Shown: positions 56,801 through 64,000 of the stretch, piece by piece | How the letters are laid out: each line of letters begins with the position of its first letter | Position numbering within the stretch: the stretch's first letter is position 1 | Notes under the pieces: model-generated | Databases searched by the model: none | Seen by the model: only the letters and a program-made list of their open reading frames with translations | Told to the model about the DNA's origin: nothing | NCBI RefSeq assembly: GCF_000142905.1 | Contig: NW_013657629.1 | Location: 124,001-188,000, forward strand | Reading direction: 5' to 3' | Origin: Thecamonas trahens ATCC 50062 | Lineage: Eukaryota; Protista; Apusomonadida | Length of the DNA stretch: 64,000 nucleotides | Made by a program: the position numbers and the translations under genes

Positions 56801-57347
56801 CGGAGTCACCTCGGTGTAGGTAAAGTCCGCACCCTTGTCCTTTGACTTGCTCTTCTTTCCGCCCTTGCCCTTGGGCTTGCCCTTCTTCTTGTCCAGCTTC
56901 TTCAGCTTCTTCTCCTTGCGCTTGCCCGACTTGAGCTTGTCCCCTCCGCGCTCCTCCGGCAGCATGCTCTCCAGCTCCTCCTGCATCTTACCGAGTTCCT
57001 CACGTGCAGCCGCAATCTCTTCCTTCGGAGCTGTGCAGAGGGAGGGTATGTGCATGAGTGTAGGGGGGGGGGGGGGGAGGGAGAATGTCCCTGCGGGGAA
57101 GGGGACATGGATGAAGGACCAAAAACCGGGGAGAGGGGGGTGGTGGTGGTGGTGGTGGGGATGGGGCATAGAGAAGGTAGCAAGGGAAAGAGGAGGTGGG
57201 AAAAGGGGATGAGCAAGTAGAAGAGGGTATGAGGAAGAGGGTGAGGGTGTTCGTACCGCGGTTAGAACGGAGGTTCTCGATAGCCAGCTTGTGCTGGATG
57301 ATGGACTTCTGCAGCAGTCCCGCTGGCGAAATGGTGGTGGCACTCAT
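53801..57347 (-). CDS. VARS: Valine--tRNA ligase; exons 57347-57257 and 57030-53801
   Basis: PPPNVTGSLHLGHAL (HIGH), DHAGIATQ, WCISRQLWWGHRIP, DVLDTWFSSGL and KMSKS motifs, C-terminal coiled coil; GTACGA..CAG intron 57256-57031 splices in frame. Confidence 0.97.
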
Positions 57348-57675
57348 GATGGTTGACTTGAGGCGTCGGGGAATGAGTGAGATGGTGTCGGTTGAGAGTG
57401 TGAGTGAGGAAGGGGGGAGGGGGAGGGGTTTGATGATCAGCACATCGATTACATCGGGTTGGGCATCCGTACCGTGCGTACAATATAGAGTGTGAGAATA
57501 TGATGATGATGATGATGGAGGTGGTAGAGGGCACGTAGGGATGGGAGTGGGGTTGGGGGTTGGGTTTTGAGGTGGGGGTCGGGGCTGTGGCTCGAAGGTT
57601 CGAGCTTCGTGCCAGGACGAAGCAGCGAAGGCGGTGGCCTGCAGGCAGCTCAGGCGGAAGGACAGCGTGCGTGCG

Positions 57676-58601
57676 CTAGGCATCCACAAGATCGTCAGCA
57701 TCACCTTGGCGCGTTGAAGAAAGGCAATGTAGTCGGTGGAGGAGAGGCTTGTCTGGGCGGCGTTCAGTGCCTGCTCGACAAAGCGGCCTCCGCGGAGGTA
57801 GACGACGCGCGAGGCGTAGCACTCGAGGTCGGCATTGTGCGAGACCTGGACAACGGTAACGCCGGCGCGGTTGACACGGAGGACAAGATCCATCATAGCC
57901 ACCGTGTTGGCGGTGTCGAGGTCGCCAGTCGGCTCGTCGAGGAGCAAAAGCTCCGGCCGGTTGGCAAGAGCGCGGGCAATGGCCACACGCTGCTGCTCAC
58001 CCCCGGACAGCTCGGATGGCAGATGCGAGAGGCGGTCACCTAGGCCGACATACGTCAGCAGCTCGATCGCTCGCTTGCGGCGCTCCTTCTTGTTCAGCTT
58101 GCCGAGCAGAATCATAGGCAGCTCCGTCTGCTCAAAGGCAGTCATAGTGGCGATGAGAGAGAAGTTCTGCATGACAAAGCCGATTGACTCGAGGCGCAAC
58201 TTGGCCAGCTCTGCATCGCTCGACTCTGCCGACACAGCATGCCCGACGACTTCAACAACACCATCTGTCGGCTTGTCCAGCGTGCCGAGGAGATTGAGCA
58301 GCGTCGTCTTGCCGCCGCCCGATGGTCCGCGGAGCATAACAAACTCGCCCTTTTTGATAGCGAAAAACTCGGACGAGTCATCCAGTGTGATCCCGTCCAG
58401 CGCAACAACTTCGCCGCCGCCCTCGAGGGTGTAGCCTACGGGTGTGGGTGCGGGTGTGGGTGTGGGGGTGAGTGGGGCGAGGAGAAGGGGGGAGGGGAGG
58501 GAAGGGGAAGGGGGTGGGGTGGTGGTGCGCGTACGCTTGGAGACGTCTTTGACGACCACCACGGGGGATGCCGTGTCGTCTACGTCCACGGGGGCGTCCA
58601 T
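57676..58601 (-). CDS. Stand-alone ABC ATPase of the LolD/MacB type; intron 58534-58436; 3' end uncertain
   Basis: GPSGGGKTT, IGFVMQNFSL, LSGGEQQRVAIARAL, LLLDEPTGDLD and VSH motifs. A 99-nt GTACGC..TAG intron gives KDVSKRYTL. The stop at 57676 requires one added G near 57705. Confidence 0.85.
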
Positions 58602-58735
58602 AGGAGAGGGTAGTGGTGTGTGGTGTGTGTGGTGTGTGTGGTGTATGTGGAGCGTGTGGGGTTGGCTGGTGTTCGCTCGGCAGGTTTGGTCGGCTGACGA
58701 CACACGCAAGGGAACGTCGGGTGGTGTCGCTGGGT

Positions 58736-60283
58736 TCACAGTCCGGATGCCACAAAGATAGCCGCAACGGTGATCAACGTAGCCGTGATGGCGGTGGTAT
58801 GACTGGGTGCGACTTGGGTGGTTGATGATGCCGGTGATGACGAGGTCACCGCCGATGGCGCCGGCTGCATCGACTTGCTGTCGCCAGGGAGCGAGCGCCG
58901 GTTGAGCGATGCGCACGGCGTGTCCGATCCCGACGGATCAGTGCCGTCCCAGTAGAGCGGGTCGTAGTCGGTACAGCCAAAGTCAAAGTACGCCGGGCAT
59001 CGCTTGACCAGGTCGTCGCAGAGGGTACGACACGGCGCGATGCGGGCCGGGCCGGCAGAAGGCGTGCAGCCTGGGAGCGAGAGCCCACAGAGCCAACGGG
59101 CGTAGGCGTCGCGGCAGTCGTCGCACGACCAGATCGAGTACCGCTGCCGACAGTCGATGAGCTCCAGCGTGCGGGCAAATCGGTCGTAGGCGGCAGCGGC
59201 CGCCAGCGCGCCGAGCGCCCCGGTCCGCGACCCGCGGCCCGACGAGACCGTCCCGTTGTACGATCCCGCCGTGAACCGGTCGCAGAAGGCCAGCACCGGG
59301 AGCGCGCTGGTCAGCGCGGCAGGCACAGCCGCCAGCGGCACACACTCGGGACCATCGGTGAACGTCGCGCTTGGCCAGACAGCGCCACCACCACCGACCT
59401 CACCGCCGCCCCAGAGCATGCCGACGGCCACACCGCCGGCCGTCCCGTTGACTCTGACGACACGCGATGCGAGCCGGACGTAGCCCGCCTCTCCGCTTAC
59501 ATCCCGCCACACGTCTGGCACGCTCTGCAGCGGCACACCCACGGCACCCGTGCCATCCAACGGCGTCGCACCAGGTGACAGCCACGCCAGCTCGCCCGCG
59601 CTCATCACAGCCCTCAGCCCGCACGCGCTGTCCGGCACAGCAGTAGACGGCAACGCAATCGCGGTGGCGACTACCGAGTCGTTTGCCGGAGGTGCGTCAA
59701 AGCCCACAGCCACTACAAGCTCGGTGGCCTCGGGTAGGTACGCTACATCGACGATGCTGGACGCGCTCTCCGGGGCTGGCATCCAGTCGGCAGCCAGCGC
59801 GGCCAGAGCGTCGCTGTTCTCGCCGGGCGCGACGAGCCCTGCAGGCCGATCGAGCACCACATGCACATCCACAACCCAGCCATCAGCGGACGAGTTGTCA
59901 GCAGCCGCCAGGACAAGATCGGGAGAGATAACTAGGCGCGCCGCCACCCGTCGCGCCTTCCAGGGAGCCGACTCGCTCTCGACGTCGAGGAGCGGAGGGG
60001 AGGAGATCGGATCCGAGACGCGGCGAAGGACGAGTGCCGTGGCGAGAGCAGCAGCAGGAGCATGAGCCGGAAGCTGGCAGAGCGAGAGCGAGAGTAGCAG
60101 CGGAGCGAGACGCGGAGCGGAAGGGAATGCCAGCGGGGCGTAGATGGGGATCGATGTTGTTGTCGATGATGATGCCAGCGGAAGCGGTGCGGTGGTGGTG
60201 GTGGTGGGGAGCGGGAGGGTAGTGGAGGTGGTGGGGTGGGCGAGGAGGGCGAGGAGGAGGGCGAGGGCAAGGGTGAGGGACAT
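58736..60283 (-). CDS. MID1: Mid1-like (Mid1/NLF-1/FAM155 Cys-rich domain) Ca2+/cation channel accessory subunit
   Basis: Signal peptide MSLTLALALLLALLA; Cys cluster YSIWSCDDCRDAYARWLCGLSLPGC..PCRTLCDDLVKRCPAYFDFGC; hydrophobic GPI-like C-terminus. Confidence 0.78.
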   Translation of the reverse strand: MSLTLALALLLALLAHPTTSTTLPLPTTTTTAPLPLASSSTTTSIPIYAPLAFPSAPRLAPLLLSLSLCQLPAHAPAAALATALVLRRVSDPISSPPLLDVESESAPWKARRVAARLVISPDLVLAAADNSSADGWVVDVHVVLDRPAGLVAPGENSDALAALAADWMPAPESASSIVDVAYLPEATELVVAVGFDAPPANDSVVATAIALPSTAVPDSACGLRAVMSAGELAWLSPGATPLDGTGAVGVPLQSVPDVWRDVSGEAGYVRLASRVVRVNGTAGGVAVGMLWGGGEVGGGGAVWPSATFTDGPECVPLAAVPAALTSALPVLAFCDRFTAGSYNGTVSSGRGSRTGALGALAAAAAYDRFARTLELIDCRQRYSIWSCDDCRDAYARWLCGLSLPGCTPSAGPARIAPCRTLCDDLVKRCPAYFDFGCTDYDPLYWDGTDPSGSDTPCASLNRRSLPGDSKSMQPAPSAVTSSSPASSTTQVAPSHTTAITATLITVAAIFVASGL

Positions 60284-60460
60284 GTGTACGAGTGTGTGTG
60301 TGCGTGTATGTGATGGGAGTGGTGGGTGGGTGGGTGGGGGTGGGGGTGGGGGTGGGGGGTGGGGTGGGGTGGTCGGCCGGGCGGACGGCAGGTGGGCGGG
60401 CGGGTGGCAAGTGGGCGAGCGGCAAGGTAGCGAGAGAGGCAAGCAAGGGAGGGCAGGCAG

Positions 60461-63400
60461 CTAAATGTACTTTTTGAGGACGGATGCATGGACAGCGACG
60501 TGAATTGACCAGTCGATGGTGGTCTGCCAGCCCTTTTTGAGGCAGATGTCGATGAGGGAGCGAAAGTAGTCTGCGGCTTCCTCCTCCGAGGCGCCAAGCT
60601 TGAGGACGCGCTGGAGGTAGCGGAGATCCTCGAGGGTTTGCAGCTCAGGAATGCCGGTGGAGACCATCATGGCGAAGAGGTTAATGAGCATGTTGGAGTG
60701 GCGGCGGAGGACGTTGTAGGCGCGGCAGCAAATGGAGACAAACTCGGCAAAGCCGGCCGAGTCCTTTCCGCCCATGACGTGGACCATGTCCGGGGTGAGG
60801 ACAAACGGGGTGCGCTCGCGGGAGATGCCAAACTTCTTCTTGATGTTGCCCAGAAAGTGGCCAAAGTCAATGTGGAAGAGATGGCCAGCCTGGTCGAGCA
60901 TGATGTTGTCGTTGTGCCGGTCGCCGATGCCGAGGACGTATGTGGCGACGCAGTAGCCGGCACACGAGACGATAAAGTTGGAGACAGCCTCGGCGTACTG
61001 GGCGTCGGTCGGGTTGTGGTCACGGAGGTAGTCTGCAAGCGGCGTCGACTTGAATGCGCCTGCGAGACCGCCCTTGTCAACCTGGATGTCGGCGAGGGTA
61101 GCGGCGTTGAGGACGACCTCGATGTACCCGACCTCGTCGCCAGTGGAGATGGCGACGTACGGCTTGAGACGGAGGTCCATGTCCTCCTGCTGCCACATCT
61201 TGTCCATGATGCGGATCATCTGCAGGGTGAGCATGTCCTGGCGCAGGTCGTCGCCTTCTTTGAAGATCGAGTAGCACGGCGCGCCCTGGCCGTCGGCGTT
61301 GGCAAAGACGAGCCAGAGCGGCATCTTCTTGGACTGCATGAACTTGCACTTGTTGAGCACGAGGCCGTTGACCTCGATCGACGGGTTCTGGACGAGCTGA
61401 ACTTTTGCCGGGAACTTGACGTTGGCCTCGAGGTGGGCCTGGAGAACCTCGGGCGTTGCGGTCGGCACCTGCTTGATGTACACCGCCGACTCGACGAGCG
61501 ATTGGGTGAGGCGGACCTGGCGGAGGAGCTCGTCGCGGTGCTGGCCGCATCCGCGGCAGTAGGCCTCGAGATAGAGTGAGAACCTTGTCTGGACCTCAGG
61601 AATGTGCATCTCGGCCTTGAGGCACCAGAAGAAGACATGCCCGAGCCGGCGCGAGCGGAGCGACCGTCGAATGAGGAATCGGGCGAGCGGCGTGTCGTGG
61701 TAGTTCTCGTTCTTGAGCGCCTGCACGAGCTGGATCATAAAGTCAGAGAGCTCGTCGTCCGAGACCGAGAGCAGAGCATTGACGGCAAAATCGCGGACAA
61801 CAGTGTCCATGATCTGTGCGTCGAGGAGCTCGAGCGCGTCCAGCGGCGAGGCGTACGGCGGCCACTGGCGGAGGATCTGGTAGAGCTCCAGGACCGCCAT
61901 CCGCTGATGGTATGGGGTCGAGAGGATGAGTTTGGCGAGGCCGGCCGGGTGGGCGCTGAGAATGTGGTATCGGTGCCGCCACATGACGTCCTTTTCTGCC
62001 GAAGAGAGGCGGTAGACCGAGTCCTTGGAAACGAGCGAGGCGACGGTAGCCATTTCGTCGGCATCCGGGTCCGGCGTCGGCGGGGTGGCGACCGGGAGAC
62101 CGAGCTGGGTGGGGAAGACGACCCTACCGGCAAAGGCCGGGAATTGCAGTTGGAGCAGTGGCGCTGTGTTGCGGGCCGGGTTCTGCTGTGCCGTCGCAAT
62201 GGGATTGGCCTTTTCAAACGGCCACAGCGCGAGGGTGGCGCCGGCGGTCTTGAGCGTCCCAGCGTAGTCAACGACCGGCACGTTGATGGCGCCCAGTGGG
62301 AGTGCGTCCTCGACGGCCTGCCCGCGGACTGCATCGAGCAGGGCGGCCTCCGAGGCGAGAAAGATGGTGACGCAAAGCCGGGCGGCGCGCGGGAGGTCGG
62401 CAACGTCAATGTCAAACTTGAGCTCTTCGTCCCAGCGCGGCGAGTCGGCCATAAGTACGCCGGCGGTCCGCTGAACGTCGGCGAGACGGACTGAGCCGTG
62501 GTAGAGGGCGGCCTCGACGTAAACAACAAGATCCGAGAGCTTCAGCACCTTTTTGGTCTGCTTCTCGCGCTTCTTGGCCTTTTTCGACTTGGGCTTGGTC
62601 GACTCAAACTTGAGGTCCTGAGCGGCGCGAATGCGGACACGGTAGGGGACCTCGATCATGTCCCACATGGAGAGGGTGGTGGAGGCGATCGACGGAGCGA
62701 CCATGGCCTTGACCTCCTCGGCACCGAGCGGGTGGATCGAGAGCGCGGTGTGGACAAACTCCTCCGGGTCGGCAGACGGCAGCGCTGAGAGCAGGTCCTC
62801 CTCGTCGACCTCGGCAGTGGCCATGGCGAGGGCGTCGTTGCGCGACATGATCGAGATGTGGATGTGGTCGTGGCGGAGGAGGGCGCGGCGGACCGAGTTA
62901 AAGTCGGCGAGCGGCGTGTCGCCGACGTAAAAGTCGGCCGAGCCGTAGCACTTGAGCACGTAGTCACGCGGCGAAGCGTCGTCTGGCACGCCGCGGAGCA
63001 CCTTGCGGTGGTTGGTAAAGAGAGAGTCAAGGACCGAGGCCGGGACGTCGAGCAGGTCCCAGGCCATTGTCTTGGACTCCCACGTGTTCATGTAGTGGAA
63101 GCGGACGTAGGCCGGCTCGCCACGCAGCCGCTCGGCGGTCGACGCCGGGAGCGGGAGCGAGCAGATGTCGGGCGCGAGCGCGTATACACCGCCTTTCCGG
63201 TTGCGCATCTCCTCTTTGATGAGCGGGATGACCTGGCGGCGGAAGGCGCGGATCTCCGGGTCGCTCTCAGCCTCGTCCGACATGGCACCGACACGGCCGG
63301 AGAGCATACCGATGCGGGCGTGGATGAGCTGGGCACGGACGTCGAGATCGTACTGGGCCTCGTTGACGAGGCGGACTTCGATGCAGCCGTCGTCCGACTC

Positions 63401-63901
63401 GACGCCCTTGAGCACAGCAGGCAGCGCCTGCAGCTGGGCATCCTCGTTGTGTGCTTCTACGGTCTTGCCGCCGATCGAGAGAATAAACTCGTGGGTCGAC
63501 GACAGCCGCGAGCCGAGGGTGGCGCGGTCGACGTTGACATTGGCCCGCTTGACAAACTTGCCAAGCACGCCAAAGATCTGGGCCTTGAGGCCTGCCACGG
63601 TGATGGCAGCAGGCACTGTCAAGACACGTGCATGAGACGGGACTGCTCGGAGCGCAGTGGTGATCACCGGCGAGCACCGCTCTGTGGCCACATCATCAAC
63701 TAGCACCAGAGTCACCTCTGTCAGTGGAACAGAGTCCAGCAGAGAGACCCCCGAGCCCGAGACAGACGAGACTGCCTCCACCAGCGCCAGCCGCTGGCTC
63801 AGAATGTGGTCCTGAAGCTTCTCCGAAGCCCGCACCCTTTCAGCCTCACGAACATTTGCCACACCTCCAGACTTGCGGTACCGCCTAGCCAGAGTCTCCA
63901 A
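60461..63901 (-). CDS. Class I phosphoinositide 3-kinase catalytic subunit (p110-like); probably 5'-partial
   Basis: Ras-binding, C2, helical and kinase domains; MQSKKMPLWL, FKEGDDLRQDMLTLQ, ATYVLGIGDRHNDN and HIDFGHFLG motifs. The ORF begins at TTG right after a pyrimidine tract and TAG acceptor, so the first exon lies upstream. Confidence 0.95.
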   Translation of the reverse strand: METLARRYRKSGGVANVREAERVRASEKLQDHILSQRLALVEAVSSVSGSGVSLLDSVPLTEVTLVLVDDVATERCSPVITTALRAVPSHARVLTVPAAITVAGLKAQIFGVLGKFVKRANVNVDRATLGSRLSSTHEFILSIGGKTVEAHNEDAQLQALPAVLKGVESDDGCIEVRLVNEAQYDLDVRAQLIHARIGMLSGRVGAMSDEAESDPEIRAFRRQVIPLIKEEMRNRKGGVYALAPDICSLPLPASTAERLRGEPAYVRFHYMNTWESKTMAWDLLDVPASVLDSLFTNHRKVLRGVPDDASPRDYVLKCYGSADFYVGDTPLADFNSVRRALLRHDHIHISIMSRNDALAMATAEVDEEDLLSALPSADPEEFVHTALSIHPLGAEEVKAMVAPSIASTTLSMWDMIEVPYRVRIRAAQDLKFESTKPKSKKAKKREKQTKKVLKLSDLVVYVEAALYHGSVRLADVQRTAGVLMADSPRWDEELKFDIDVADLPRAARLCVTIFLASEAALLDAVRGQAVEDALPLGAINVPVVDYAGTLKTAGATLALWPFEKANPIATAQQNPARNTAPLLQLQFPAFAGRVVFPTQLGLPVATPPTPDPDADEMATVASLVSKDSVYRLSSAEKDVMWRHRYHILSAHPAGLAKLILSTPYHQRMAVLELYQILRQWPPYASPLDALELLDAQIMDTVVRDFAVNALLSVSDDELSDFMIQLVQALKNENYHDTPLARFLIRRSLRSRRLGHVFFWCLKAEMHIPEVQTRFSLYLEAYCRGCGQHRDELLRQVRLTQSLVESAVYIKQVPTATPEVLQAHLEANVKFPAKVQLVQNPSIEVNGLVLNKCKFMQSKKMPLWLVFANADGQGAPCYSIFKEGDDLRQDMLTLQMIRIMDKMWQQEDMDLRLKPYVAISTGDEVGYIEVVLNAATLADIQVDKGGLAGAFKSTPLADYLRDHNPTDAQYAEAVSNFIVSCAGYCVATYVLGIGDRHNDNIMLDQAGHLFHIDFGHFLGNIKKKFGISRERTPFVLTPDMVHVMGGKDSAGFAEFVSICCRAYNVLRRHSNMLINLFAMMVSTGIPELQTLEDLRYLQRVLKLGASEEEAADYFRSLIDICLKKGWQTTIDWSIHVAVHASVLKKYI

Positions 63902-64000
63902 CTATGTGTGTGTGGGGTGAGGGGGAGGAGGGGGGTGAGGGGGGAGGGAGGGACGGATGGAGCGGGAGCTGAAGATTTTAGAACTGAAAGGAAATATAGC

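Noticed and set aside
53774-56845. 1023-aa plus-strand ORF, and similar long antisense ORFs such as 7825..9279 and 22116..23426
   Set aside because: Antisense shadows of GC3-rich real genes with no recognisable motifs.
13854-63901. A Ca2+/phosphoinositide signalling gene cluster (TPC, NCS, EF-C2 protein, Mid1, PI3K)
   Set aside because: The genes are scattered among unrelated housekeeping genes in mixed orientation; chance is sufficient in a gene-dense eukaryote.
1-64000. tRNA, rRNA, snRNA genes and transposons
   Set aside because: I saw no recognisable signatures by eye; a covariance-model search would be needed to exclude small ncRNAs.

Overview
GC-rich, very gene-dense eukaryotic (protist) genomic DNA with few, short spliceosomal introns and one assembly gap (37134-37808). 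Gene content (TTC29, CEP76/CC2D2A-like protein, class I PI3K, tandem-FERM protein, Mid1-like protein, TPC channel, stand-alone ATP-citrate lyase A subunit) points to a flagellated unicellular relative of opisthokonts; an apusomonad such as Thecamonas is my guess, not something the sequence proves. About 27 protein-coding genes can be supported, among them a BTB-BACK protein, SLC35B transporter, ACLA, DHX35-like helicase, M19 dipeptidase, EF-hand two-pore channel, NCS/calcineurin-B-like protein, COPA, TTI1, EIF1AD, TTC29, FAD synthetase, saccharopine-dehydrogenase-like/DUF4166 fusion, kinesin-3, ValRS, LolD/MacB-type ABC ATPase, Mid1-like protein and PI3K p110. I saw no tRNA, rRNA, CRISPR array or transposon. 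I did not find a convincing multi-gene novel system. The most unusual sequence-level observations are: an 84-bp piece of TTI1 copied in frame, read antisense, into the neighbouring membrane-protein gene; a 31-unit 16-bp minisatellite with three interspersed variants; an in-frame TAG in an otherwise intact Cys-repeat membrane protein; a CaaX-ended kinesin-3; a WHEP-like leader on ValRS; and several frameshifts each repaired by adding one base to a G/C run (probable sequencing errors). All family assignments come from motif recognition by eye, not from database searches.
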